This document shows, piece by piece, positions 1-12,899 of a DNA stretch of 64,000 nucleotides (the first letter of the stretch is position 1; every line of letters starts with the position of its first letter). The position numbers and the translations under genes are program-made. The notes under the pieces were generated by a model. That model saw only the letters and a list, made by a program, of their open reading frames with translations, was not told where the DNA came from and made no database searches. The DNA comes from Vicugna vicugna (Eukaryota): assembly GCA_013265495.1 (NCBI GenBank), contig MU058718.1, positions 2,379,779 to 2,443,778 on the forward strand. Reading direction: 5' to 3'.

Positions 1-138
1 GGCAAACGCACAAGTGTCCGGGCACCACACTGCCCAGGGAGCTCTGACCTCCGACTGGGGAGTGGTGTCCCCAAAGTTGTCCTTATGAGGGCTCTTCTTC
101 AAAAAACAGAACCTGGCTGCTTCCATTGCTTGGAACCA

Positions 139-168
139 CTCTCTCTCTCACAGACACACAGACACACA

Positions 169-201
<33 letters not shown>
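139..201. repeat. (CT)n/(CA)n microsatellite
   Basis: Directly visible dinucleotide run with a few GA interruptions. Confidence 0.95.
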
Positions 202-204
<3 letters not shown>

Positions 205-289
205 TAGTCAATTTTCCCACCACAGCAAAATCTACACACTTACATACTTTAAGTCTTTGCAAATTTGCATCTTACTTTATTTCTCCACA

Positions 290-1365
290 TTAACAGACCA
301 TTGCTTAATTTATTTGGAAAATTCTCAGACTCACAAAGCCTGCAAGGTAATAAAGCAAAGTAGGTGCCCACTATTCAGACCTCACTCACATTAACAATGT
401 GTTTTATTTGCTCCAGATTTTTCAAGACATAAAAATTAAAGACAATATCCCTTTCATGCCATTCAATTCTCCCACTTCCATTTGCAGAGACAAAGACCAT
501 TGGAAAGTTCCTAGGTATTCCTTCCTTCCAAGATTTTGTACCTTTACTACAGACGTCTGCATTGATTGCAACGTTTGGTTCACTTTTGTATGTTTTTAAA
601 TTTTACACAAGTATCAGTTTATCCTACAGATCAGCCTGAAATTTGTCTGAATTCACTCAACATTGTTTTTGAGACCTATCCACAGGGAAACATTTAGATC
701 TAGTGTATCCATTCATTCTAACTGATGTGGAACATTCCACAATTTATTTAGCCATGTATTTAAAGCTCTTTCCTCCCTGTCTCCTTTTGGCAATCATAAA
801 GAATGCTATTGTGAGCGGATATGTACACATCTTGTTCCAAAACAATGCTCTCTGTGGTAAGCTTCTAGAGGTGGAATTGTTGGCTGGTACCCACCGTAGA
901 GATTTTCACCCTCATCAGCTATTGCCAAATTGGTCACCAAAGTTGCTCCAGTGTTCATTACTAGCCATGTATTAGAGATACCATTTCCTTATATCCTCAC
1001 TAATACCAAGTATTATCAGCCTTTTAAAGTATTACTTGTCTGATATGGTACAAAATATGTTTTCGTTTGCATCTTCCTAATTACTGATAAGGCCGAATGT
1101 TTTTTCATACTTTTTTTGGCCATTTAGATTCTCTCTTCTATAAACTACCTGACCATGTCTTTGCTCATTTTTCTATTGTGTTATTTATATTTTTTTGTAG
1201 ATCTACACAAGTTCTTTTTTTATACATATTCTTGATTCCATGCTTTTTGGCTGAACAGGTGGCAAAGGTTTGTGTTAGAATTTGTGATTTGTCTTTTAAC
1301 ATTATTTATGGGGACTTTTATTGTGTATGAGCATTATTTTAATGTATACAATTTATCATTTGTGT
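290..1365 (-). mobile_element. Ancient LINE-1 (L1ME-like) 3' fragment
   Basis: T-rich decayed antisense L1 3'-end motifs (gtggaattgttgg, tttgcatcttcctaattact, ttggccattt); subfamily uncertain. Confidence 0.6.
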
Positions 1366-2530
1366 TTTTTTATTGTGGTAAAATACACACAGCATAAAAT
1401 TGACCACTGGTGACATTTAGTACATTTATAATGATGAGCAATTGTTATCATTATCTAGTTCCAGGACATTTTTATGACTCCAAAGGGGATCCCACACCCA
1501 TTAAGCAGTGACTCCCTGTCCTCCCCCAACCGGCAACACTAATCTATCTCTATGAATTTTTGCACTCTAGATACTTCATGTGAATGGAATGATGTAACAT
1601 GTGGCCTTTTGTGACTGGCGTCTTTCACTTAGTATGTTTTCCAGGTTCATCCACGTTGTAACAGGGGTCAGTACTTCATTCCTTTCCGCGGCTGAATAAC
1701 ACTGATTTGTATGATTATACCACATTACGCTTATGCATTCATCAGATAACGAACATTTGGATTGCTTCCACATTTTGGCTATTGTGAATAGTGCTGCTAT
1801 GAACGCTGATGTACAAGTATCTGTTTGCGTCTCTGTTTTCAGTTTTTGGGCTACATTCCTAGGAGTGGAATTGCTGGATCATTTGGGAATTCTATATTTA
1901 GCTTTTTGAGGACACCCAAAATGTCTTCCACAACAGCTGCACCATTTTACATTGCTACCAGCAATGTATAAGAGTTCCAATTTCTCCACAAGTAATCGTT
2001 ACCAATAATTGTTATTTTCCTTTTAAAAATTATTATTATTGTCACTTCAGTGGGTGTGAGTGGTATCTCATTATGGTTTTGACTTGCATTTCTCTCTAGT
2101 GGCTAATGATGGTAAGCATCTTTTCATGCTTTTCGGCCATCTTTATATCTTCTTTGGAGAAATGTTTGTTCAAGTTGGTTGCCATTTTTAAAATGAGTTG
2201 TTTGCCTTTTTGTTTTTGAGTTGTCATAGCTCTTTATATATTCTGGGTACCAGATGCTTATCAGATATATGTTTTGTAAATATTTCTCCCATTCTGTAGG
2301 TTTTTAAAATTTTCTTGATAGTATCATTTGATGCACAGAAGTTGTAAATTCTGGTAAGTTCAATTTACCTGTTTTTCTTCTTTTGTTGCTTGTGCTTTTG
2401 ATGTCTTATCTAAGAAACCATTGCTAAATCCAAGGCCATGAAGGTTTACCCCTATTTTTTTCCCTAGGATTTTTATGGTTTTAGGGTATATTCAGTTTTT
2501 GATCCATTTTGAGTTAATTTTTATATAATT
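1366..2530 (-). mobile_element. LINE-1 (L1MB-like) 3' end
   Basis: ORF 1576-1773 resembles the ORF2p C-terminus (WKQSKC...TTWMNLENILSE); antisense motifs ctaggagtggaattgctggatc and ttgatccattttgagttaattttt. Confidence 0.8.
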
Positions 2531-2589
2531 GTACTTTGTTGTAGACTTATAGTTCGTTTTGATAGTCTCAATACTAATGCTTTAGTTGT

Positions 2590-4175
2590 TGTTGTTACAT
2601 AGATGGTGAGGGCCTTTTAAAGTCTGTGCTTTGTCTTTTTCCTTTATTCATAGTGTCTTTTTATTGTGTAAGAGTATTACACTTTAATGTATACAATTTA
2701 TTACTTGTGCTTTTTGGATCTATTTAAGAAATATTGCCCTTCTGAGGTCACAAAATTATTTGCCTGTGTTTTTATATTTTCTTCATTTTTAGATCTACAT
2801 AGTTTACCTGGAATTTATTTTATGTATATGGTGAGGTAGGGATCTAATTATTGTTTTCCCTACTTGGAGAGCTAGTTGTCTGAACATGTTTAGTGGCTTT
2901 CCCTACAATTTGTAGTATTGCCTCTGTCATATACAAGTTCTCATATGTAACAGCCCTGTTCTTGAGTTCCTTTGTTTATATGTTTTGCTGTACCTCCCAT
3001 TTTAAATGACTAGTGTCTAGTATAGTGAGTCCTCTCCCCTGGTTCTTTTTCAAAATTGCATTAGTGGGGTAAACAAAATACCCTCTCTCCCCTAAATGTC
3101 CACATCCCAATCTCTGGAGCCCTTTTACCTTACATAGCAAAAGGGACTTCACCGGGGTGATTACGTTAACAATCTTGAGAAGAAGAGATAATCCTGTATT
3201 ATCTAGGTGGACCCAAGGTAATCAATCACAAAGGACCTTTTAAGAGGAAGGCAGGAGTATCAGAGTCAGAGAAGGAGGCAGGATGATGGAAGCACAGGTC
3301 AGAGTGACATGGCCACAAGCCCAGGAATGCTGGCAGCCTCTGGAAACTGGAAAAGACAAGGGGTGGGTTCTCCCCTAGAGCCTCCAGAGGGAACACAGCC
3401 CCACTGACCCCTTGAGCTTAGCCCTATAATTTTCGTTGTAAATTTCTGACCTCCAAAACACCAAGACAATAAATCTGTGTTGTTTTGAGATGCTAAATTT
3501 GTAGTAATTTGTTACAGCGGCAATAGGGAAAAAAAATACATGTGGTTATTCTTGCTTCTTATTATTCCACGTGAATTGTAGAATAATTTTATTAAGTTCC
3601 ACACATCCACAAATACCACAAAAAGTACTGACTGTGATTGCACGGAATTTATAGAGAAACTTGGTGGGAATTGATATCTGTACATTACCAAGTCTTCCCC
3701 TTAAGAAGCATAATATATCTCTACATTTAGTCAGTCTTTTATGACTTTCAATTAAATATTATAATTATCTCCACAAAGGTCTTTCACATCTTTTGATAGG
3801 TTTATTCTGAGGTACTCTGTAGTTTTTGTTGTTCATTCAAAAATTATATATAATCAAAATTTAATGATGTATATTTAATTTTTTAAAACTATATTTTTGC
3901 ATTTGTCATTGTTTGTGTATAGGAACACTATAGGTTTTTCCAGATTGGTCTTTTTCTCAGCAAACTTGATGAACTTAAAAAAAAAAATCGTTCTAGTGAT
4001 TTGCCTCAAGGGCCTCTAGGATATTCCACACAGACAATGACTATTTACAAATAACGTCTCTTCCTTTTCAGTCCTCACACTTCCTGTTTTTGTTTCTCGT
4101 CTAACTGCACTGGCTGGGCTTCCAGGCCAATAGAGTAGGGCAGTGATAGTATCTCCTTCTTGTTCTGGTCAACTG
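2590..4175 (-). mobile_element. Ancient L1 ORF2 fragment interrupted by an MLT1 LTR
   Basis: Antisense L1-like motifs (ggtgaggtagggatctaatt, gataggtttattctgaggta, cttcttgttctg) on both sides of the MLT1. Confidence 0.6.
3063..3540 (+). mobile_element. MaLR solo LTR (MLT1D-like)
   Basis: Typical MLT1 motifs: aatgtccacatcccaatc, accttacatagcaaaagggactt, ttctcccctagagcctccaga, gtaatttgttacagcggcaatagg. Confidence 0.85.
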
Positions 4176-4222
4176 GCTTTGTAGTTATGAATGTTTTTCT
4201 CTAATTTGAGTAATGAAACAAC

Positions 4223-4910
4223 CTGTAGTGTTCTGGGGATGGCCTGTCCATGGAGACTAGCTGCCTTGTTTACCTTGTCAGTTCTACAAAGATCCCTCTG
4301 GCATGAGCCTTCATCTTTGTACCATTTGTTTTCCTTGGTCCCAGAGACAGCTTTCTTGAAATTGGTGGGCTCACCCTGACAAATCCTGTTTATGGTATGA
4401 AGTCAAAAATATTCCCAAAGCGAGCAAGAAACTAAATAAATCTTAATAACACTATTATCTTTTTTTTCCCTGGGATCTCTTTTATCAGTCTAGGAGATAC
4501 AGAGAAGTCTACCACTGAACTACCCTTGTACCCAGTCCAGGAGACAGAGAGCAGAGATCTGGGATACCTCTAATGGGGCTCCCACCATCTCCTCAATGAT
4601 GTGAGTGACCCTTGTTGGTCACACAGTGAACGTTCCAAAGAGATCTGGGAGGAGATGGGAAACTAGGGACCCAGCCACTGCTTTTCCGTGCCAACAAAGT
4701 GAACCAGCAAATTCACAGCAATGTGCATGAGCTGAAGTGGTGCCTGACTTAACACCAGCATTCTAAGGTTAAACATGGCTGCTACTTCACTTCTCCCTTC
4801 CAAATCTGGCAAAAATTTCTCTTGTGACCAACCTGAACCCAGAACCATGCAGAGAAGGGAACTGTGGAAAACAGTTCTAGCTTAGCTACATCAACAATGA
4901 AAAGCCAGCA
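4223..4910. mobile_element. Old LTR-derived fragments, probably two adjacent pieces
   Basis: TG...CA-bounded segment about 4223-4623; the later motif aacccagaaccatgcagagaagggaactgtggaaaacagtt resembles about 35200-35260. Confidence 0.4.
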
Positions 4911-5579
4911 GAATTGTTGTCTTGCTAGATAATCAGAAAGCATCTTATGTATATCAAGTCATTTTGACAGTATACAAAATACCTTCACTGGGCCAAATTT
5001 TAAACTTTTTAATAAGAGTCTATTAGAGCTTCATTTGTAAAGTATTTCTTATGTTCCAGTGTTGGATGTTGTCCATTATATTTACCAGAGTCCCTCGGAG
5101 TTGACGGTTGAATTTTTTCTTTCCTTATTTGTTTTAGATAACAAATATCTACCATGTCATCAACACAAATGACAGGTCAAAAAAATTTTACACATTTTAT
5201 ATATACATATGTATAATTATTGTGCTGCATATGTGCTTTACCGTTGTAACTTTCCTCAAATCCTTTTTGAAGTACATGGGATACAAAAAATAAAAACAAT
5301 ATTTCCACAAGTATGTTTGCTATTCACAAGACATTCCAAAGAAAAGTCTAAAGAAGAATCCTCTTAATTAACACTTGCATTTTTGGAGAAGAATCCTCTG
5401 AATGAACTGATGCTTTATTTGCTGATGCTTAGAAACAGATATACAGTCATGATCTCTTCACGATGAAAATAAAAGTTCTTTTCTTATATGTGTATTTGCT
5501 AATTTCTCTTTTCTGTTTCTTTTTCAGCCAAAGTTAGGTGCCCATGTTGGTCCTGATTCTTGGTTAAGAATTCTTCACT

Positions 5580-8500
5580 TACCTTTTCAGTCGTCTGGAA
5601 GAGTTTGAGAAGGACTGGTATGAGTTCTTTGTATGTTTGGTAGAATTCCCCGGTGAAGCCGTCCGGTCCTGGACTTTTATTTGTAGGGAGGTTTTTAATT
5701 GCTATTTCTATTTCCTTTCTAGTGATCGGATTGTTCAAGTGTTCAGTTTCTTCTTGATTCAGTTTTGGTGGACAGTATGTTTCCAGAAACTTGTCCATCT
5801 CCTCTAGGTTATCCAGTTTGGTTCCATATAGTTTTTCATAATATTCTCGTATGATATTCTGTATTTCTATTTTGTTTGTTGTAATTTCTCCATTTTCCTT
5901 TCTTATTTTGCTAATTTGTGCTCTCTCTTTTTTCTTCTTTGTGAGTTTGGCCAGAGGTTTGTCGATTTTATTTACTTTTTCAAAAAACCAGCTTTTGGTT
6001 TGGTTGATTTTTTTCTATGGTCTTGTTAATTTCTGTTGTATTTATTTCCTCTCTGATCTTTATTATTTCCTTCCTTCTGCTGCTTTTTGGGGCTTTTTGT
6101 TCTTCTTTTTCTAATTGATTCAGGTGGTGGGTTAACTTGTTTATTTGAGATTGTTCTTCTTTTTTGAGGAAGGCCTGTATCGCTATAAACTTCCCTCTTA
6201 GCACTGCCTTTGCTGTGTCCCATAGGTTTTGAGTGGTTGTGCTTTCATTATCATTTGTCTCAAGGTATTTTTTAATTTCAGCTTTGATTTCCTCATTGAC
6301 CCATTGTTTTTTCAATAACATTGTTTAATCTCCATGCTTTCCTTTTTTCCTCCTTGATTTCTCTGTTGTTGATTTCCAGTTTCATGGCATTGTGGTCAGT
6401 AAAGGTGCTTGAGATAATTTCTATCTTCTTAAAATTGTTGAGGTTTCTTTTGTGCCCAAGTACATGATCGATCCTGGAAAATGTTCCATGTGCACTTGAA
6501 AAGAATGTATATCCTATTTTTGGGGGGTGTAATGCTCTGAAAATATCCACCAAATCTAGTTTTTCTATTGTATTATTTAATTTCTCTGTTGCCTTGTTTA
6601 TTTTCTGTCTGGAAGATCTGTCTAGTGATGTTAATGCAGTGTTAAAATCTCCAATTATGATTGTATTCCCATCAATATCCTCCTTTATCTCTGTTAGTAA
6701 TTGTTCTATGTACTTAGGTGCTCCTATATTGGATGCATGTATATTAACGAGTGTAATGTCCTCATCTTGTATCACTCCTTTAATCATTATAAAATGTCCT
6801 TCTTTATCTTTCTTTATAGCCTTTGTTTTAAAGTCTGTTTTGTCTGAAATCAGTACTGCAACACCTGCTTTTTTGGCTTTTCATTTGCAATACTCCCAAA
6901 CTCATTCTGTGAAGCCACCATCACCCTGATACCAAAACCAGGCAAAGACACTACCAAAAAAGAGAATTATAGGCCAATATCACTGATGAACATAGATGCC
7001 AAAATCCTCACCAAAATATTAGCAAATGGAATCCAACAACACATAAAAAAGATTATACATCATAACCAAGTGGGGTTCATCCCAGGGACACAAGGGTGGT
7101 TCAACATATGCAAATCAATCAATGTAATACATCACATCAACAAGAGAAAGGACAAAAACCACATGATCATCTCAATCAATGCAGAAAAAGCGTTTGATAA
7201 AATTCAACACCCATTTATGATAAAAACTCTCGCCAAAGTGGGTATAGAGGGGACATATTTCAACATAATAAAAGCTATATATGACAAACCTACAGCCAGC
7301 ATAGTACTCAACGGTGAGAAACTCAAAAGCTTCCCACTAAAATCTGGGACAAGACAAGGATGCCCACTATCACCACTCCTATTCAACATAGTCTTGGAAG
7401 TCGTAGCCACAGCAATCAGACAAGAGAGAGAAATAAAAGGGATCCAAATTGGAAAAGAAGAGGTAAAAGTGTCACTATATGCCGACGACATGTTACTATA
7501 TATAGAAAACCCTAAAAGGTCCACACAAAAACTACTAGAGCTGATTGAAGAATTCAGCAATGTAGCAGGTTACAAAATTAACGTTCAAAAATCAGTTGCA
7601 TTTCTTAACACTAACGATGAATCAACAGAAAAAGAAAGTAAAGAAACAATCCCCTTTAAAATAGCAGCCAAAGTAATAAAATATCTGGGAATAAATCTAA
7701 CCAAGGAGGTGAAAGAATTATACACAGAAAACTATAAACCATTGAAGAAGGAAATTAAAGAAGACTTTAAAAAATGGAAAGATATTCCATGCTCTTGGAT
7801 TGGAAGAATCAATATTGTTAAAATGGTCACACTGCCCAAGGCAATCTACAGATTTAATGCAATCCCTATCCAATTACCCAGGACATATTTCACAGAACTA
7901 GAACAAATCATAATAAAATTTATATGGAACCATCAAAGACCTAGAATTGCCAAAGCATTACTGAAGAGAAAGAAAGAGGCTGGAGGAATAACTCTCCCAG
8001 ACTTCAGACAATACTATAGAGCTACAGTCATCAAGACAGCATGGTATTGGTACCAAAACAGACATATAGACCAATGGAACAGAATAGAGAGCCCAGAAAT
8101 GAACCCACAAACTTTTGGTCAACTCATCTTCGACAAAGGAGGCAAGAATATACAATGGAATAAAGACAGTCTCTTCAGCAAATGGTGTTGGGAAAACTGG
8201 ACAGCAGCATGTAAAACAATGAAGCTAGAACACACCCTTACACCATATACAAAAATCAACTCAAAATGGATTAAAGACTTAAACATAAGACAAGATACAA
8301 TAAACCTCCTAGAGGAAAACATAGGCAAAACATTATCTGACATACATTTCAAAAATTTTCTCCTAGAAGAAATAAAAGCAAGAATAAACAAATGGGACCT
8401 AATGAAACTTACAAGCTTCTGCAGAGCAAAGGAAACCAGAAATAAAACAAGAAGAAAACCTACGGAATGGGAGAAAATTTTTGCAAGTGAAACCGACAAA

Positions 8501-9520
8501 GGCTTGATCTCCAAAATATATAAGCAGCTCATACGACTCAATAAGAAAAAAATAAACAACCCAATCCAAAAATGGGCAGAAGACCTAAACAAGCAATTCT
8601 CCAAGGAAGACATACAAATGATCAAAAAGCACATGAAAAAATGCTCAATATCACTAATTATCAGAGAAATGCAAATCAAAACTACAATGAGGTATCACCT
8701 CACACCAGTCAGAATGGCCATCATTCAAAAATCCACAAATGACAAATGCTGGAGAGGCTGTGGAGAAAGGGGAACCCTCCTACACTGCTGGTGGGAATGC
8801 AGTTTGGTGCAGCCACTATGGAAAACAGTGTGGAGATTCCTCAAAAGACTAGGAATAGACTTACCATATGACCCAGGAATCCCACTCCTGGGCTTGTATC
8901 CAGAAGGAAATCTACTTCAGGATGACACCTGCACCCCAATGTTCATAGCAGCACTATTTACAATAGCCAAAACATGGAAACAGCCTAAATGTCCATCAAC
9001 AGGTGACTGGATAAAGAAGAGGTGGTATATTTATACAATGGAATACTACTCAGCCATAAAAACCGACAACATAATGCCATTTGCAGCAACATGGATGCTC
9101 CTAGAGAATGTCATTCTAAGTGAAGTAAGCCAGAAAGAGAAAGAAAAATACCATATGAGATCGCTCATATGTGGAATCTAAACAAACAAAAACAAAGTGT
9201 AAGTACAGGACAGAAATAGACTCATAGACAGAGAATACAGACTTGTGATTGCCAGGGGGGCGGAGGGTGGGAAGGGATAGACTGGGATTTCAAAATTGTA
9301 GAATAGATAAACAAGATTATACTGTATAGCACAGGGAAATATACACAAAATGTTATGGTAGCTCACAGAGAAAAAAATGTGACAATGAGTGTGTATATGT
9401 CCATGAATGACTGAAAAATTGTGCTGAACACTGGAATTTGACACAACATTGTAAAATGATTATAAATCAATAAAAATGTTAAAAAAACCCGAACAATTGA
9501 ATATACAAAAAAAAAAAAAA
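5580..9520 (+). mobile_element. Young LINE-1, 5'-truncated with 5' inversion (inverted 5580-6889; sense 6889-9520)
   Basis: Perfect 14-bp TSD AAGAATTCTTCACT at 5566-5579 and 9519-9532; minus ORFs encode the endonuclease/linker of ORF2p; the plus ORF encodes RT and C-terminus; AATAAA and A-tail present. Confidence 0.97.
6986..9181 (+). pseudogene. L1 ORF2p remnant (RT plus C-terminal CCHC), open for 731 codons
   Basis: [14 protein letters not shown] and [18 protein letters not shown] motifs; no L1 promoter, ORF1 or sense-strand endonuclease. Confidence 0.93.
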
Positions 9521-10974
9521 GAATTCTTCACTCAAAATAAACAGTCTGAGTACAAAACAAAACTTTTGGATAAAGATTTAAAGTGCAAGCCGACTAAGAA
9601 GTTTTTTGTGTATGTTACCTGGCCTGGTTTATTACTGATGTCAATATTTTGAGATCTTATCTTGAATTCGTAAGAAACTCAAACCATAGCTTTTAGTTTA
9701 AACCCTGAGGTACTGCTCTTTGGCATAAGAAATGCAAATGTCTGTCGGATACCAGTTAAATTTTCTGTTTTGCCTTGAGAAAACTTCATGTAAAATAGTA
9801 TCTTTAAGTATAATACCATTATTTCTGAGATATAATTTACAGTCTGGAAAATCTTCCCTACAGTTTTGTGAGGGACAAACTGGACTTCCTTATTTAAAGT
9901 TCTTGCGAAGTTAAAAGATGATACAGTTGGTTTACAGAGATTCATTTGACTAAATCAGGATAAAGTGTTTTTTGGTTTCTTAAAAGTTGGGTACTGTCTT
10001 AAGATTATTTTCAGTGGAAAAAACAACTAGGCTGAGATATATTTTTCTATCTGTATTCAGTTTCTTTCATAGATTTGGATCATGATGCAATTCCATAGGT
10101 ACTGGTGAGATGCCTATTGCCACAGTTAGTATATCACAAGCTACAGCTGACTTGGAATGGGATGAATTCCTTTTTGTAAATTAAAAGAAAACATTTTAAA
10201 GATATGCCTGCACAGGTATATGTAGTCTTAGAGAAAAAGCAGGAGCTATTAGTTTTAATTGCTGTAACGAGCTTTAGCAAAGGGTTACAAACATATTATT
10301 GACCATAATGCTCATTAGTTTGATTTTCATTAATGTCATGGCAGGAAGTGGTGGTGAGGAATATCTTCTTCAGACACTTAAAAATGGACATGTGTGTACC
10401 AGGACAGGAATAGAGAGGCACTGCTGACCCTGGGGCAACGTGAGCCAAAGCATGGAGGTGAAACCAGAAGTATCTGAGCATGGAGCTGAGAAGTCAGGGG
10501 TTGCATTAGATTAGAAGAGGGAGTGAGTAGACCCAGTCCACCCTTGAGCCTGGATCTTACCCTTGGGAAGACAGGGAGCCAATGATGTGGGGAAACTGAT
10601 GCCTTAGGAATGAATTGGTTCTGGACCAGAGTCACAGGTTGGACTTCTAGGTCCCATAGGTACAAAGTTATAGAGTGGGCTTCTATTCCTGGAAAAATAT
10701 TTCATAAGAGGAAAACCGCCACTCATGAAAATAAACAGAAAAGAAATACCACAAAAATATATGCTTGTAAAAACATTTATTAAGGGCTACATAGTGAAGG
10801 CTACTTTGTGGTTTTTGGTTTTGTTTTGCCTTTTTGCATGAATTGTGCTAAAGTTGTCATCTTTTCCTTGTAAATCTCTCTGTAGCAAATACGGAAATAT
10901 TTTATTTTTCCAAAGACCTTTGGCCTCAATTAAAAATTAGGGTCATTTGTGCCTAAACTGCTAGCTGACAATTA

Positions 10975-11310
10975 GATTCATTCATTCATTCACTTAATAA
11001 ATATTAAGTACATGAGATACTGTTTTAGTGGTAAATGAAATAGACAAAGACCATGCCATCGCAGAGACTTTTTTCCACTTGGAGAGGAAGACAATAAATG
11101 TGCGCACCCCGCCCCCCTTCATCCACCGCTGACACACACACACAATGCCAGGTAGTGAGAAGGGTGAAAAGGGTTATAAAGAAAAATTAACAGACTGAGG
11201 TTGGGGGTGGGAAAGATTGATGGGAATATTTAATAGTTTATTTTATGTAATTCAAGAATGACTTCGCTGTGGAAGTGACATGTGAGCAGAGACCAAAGAA
11301 AATGAGACTG
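10975..11310 (-). mobile_element. LINE-2 3' fragment
   Basis: attcattcattcacttaataaatatt terminus followed by purine-rich L2-like sequence. Confidence 0.55.
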
Positions 11311-11659
11311 TCTGGGAAAAGACACGCATGAATGCCTCCCAATGTCCGGGTGCTGTGCAGACGAGTGGGGCAGATGCTCAAGTCCCTACATCTTTCTTAG
11401 GTATCAAGTGTTACATATAAAGCTCATTTAATCTTCAAAATATCACAGTAAGGTAGATGTTGTCCCCAATTTTTCCCATGACAAAACAGATGTTTGAAGT
11501 TAAACAACTAACTCAAGACCCTTCACAGCTTTTAAGGGGAAGTTAAAAAAAAATTAAACTATTTTCTGATTTCAAGCCCAAGGATCTCTCTACTGATCTC
11601 ACAGAAATCAGAATTGGAGACCTGTAATGGCTCTATTTCTGACCATATTCCACTGGAAT

Positions 11660-11795
11660 GAAAATTCCATGGCCATGGACCTGGCCTGTCTTTATCAGCA
11701 CTGTATTTGTAGTACCTAGGATAGTGCCTGGTATATAATAGGTTCACACACACACACACACACACATTTTTGTTGAAAGAATGAATGAATGAACG
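11660..11795 (+). mobile_element. LINE-2 3' end with (CA)n
   Basis: gtacctaggatagtgcctggtatataataggt...tttgttgaaagaatgaatgaatgaa. Confidence 0.65.
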
Positions 11796-11899
11796 GCTAA
11801 TGTCAAAGACACAATCTCTGTTCATCTCTGAAAGACTTAAAATAGTTCATCTTCCTCCTCCTCCTCTTTCTCTTCCCCGCCTCTCTGAACAACTCAATC

Positions 11900-12760
11900 C
11901 CAAGCCCAGCAGGTGGGGCAGAGGAAGGTAGGCGTCTGAGGCTGGGGGATGTGACAGCCTGAGCAGGGTAGGGGAGCCCATGCAGGGGAGCCTGATGTGG
12001 AGTGTCAGAGCCCAGGCAGGGTGAGGATGTGTCCACACAGTGGGTGGGGCCATGTGGGAGGTGAAGTCCTAGTGGACTAGGGAGAATGTCCCCACAGAAG
12101 TCGGCGTGGAGTGAGGTATCAGAGCCCAGAGTGGGTGAAGAGGTTACCCACACAGGGAGAGTCAGCCAGTGTGGGGAGTCAGAGCCCAGATGGGGTGGGA
12201 GAAGGTGACCTGGCATCAGGGTGCAGAAGCCTGAACAGGATGAGGAGCAAGGCGGTTGGCCACTCAGAGGGGCAGCCTTGCGTGGGTTATCAGAGCCCAA
12301 GGGGGATGAGGAGGCTCTCTGCCCAGGGGTGAACTGATGTAGGAGGGCACACCTGAGCGGGAGGGTAGGGCATCCTTGCAAGGGGATGTCCCAGCGACAA
12401 GATTGGGAGCCTGAGCAGGAAAAGAAGGGCATGCATTTATGGGGGTGTTGGGGCATGGGCTGTCAGAGCCCAAGTGGAATGGGGGTGGTGTCCATGTGGG
12501 GCAGTTGGCGTCAGATTGGGGAGTGAGAGCTTGAGTAGGAGGACAGAACTGTGGGGAGGGGGTGATGGTAGAGATGGGAGACTGATTACTAATGGAGGGA
12601 TTTATCAAACAAGCAAATACATTAAGGATGATGGAAACCATGCTTGTCACTGTTGGAGAAATATAAAAAAGAGAAAAAACAGAATGAACTCTATAGTGTT
12701 GGACTGGAATTGATACTGGTATTTTGAAGATTAAATGATCTTTATATATAATGCTCGATC
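11900..12760 (+). mobile_element. Old L1 (L1MC/L1MD-like) 3' UTR with a degenerate ~57-bp G-rich tandem array
   Basis: Recurrent gtcagagccca(a)g and gagcctgagcagg cores, followed by gatttatcaaacaagcaaatacattaaggatgatgg...gtgttggactggaattg, recalled as L1MC3/4-type 3' UTR. Confidence 0.6.
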
Positions 12761-12899
12761 CATAGCATTGGATAATTTTCAGAATATCTTAAGAATAATA
12801 TATTGAGTTAATAAAAAAAAAAAAGGAGGCCCTGACAACTGTAAGACGCAATTACAAGATACAAGTGTAAGGAATATCTGGCCACTGTAAGATACTGTA

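Noticed and set aside
6986..9181. Domesticated or novel reverse transcriptase gene
   Set aside because: It is a standard L1 ORF2 fragment inside a TSD-flanked insertion, with no promoter and a catalytic Asp-to-Asn change.
11900..12560. CRISPR-like repeat/spacer pattern and the 217-aa ORF 11803-12456
   Set aside because: Mammalian DNA, degenerate units and no cas genes; the ORFs arise from the GC-rich tandem array.
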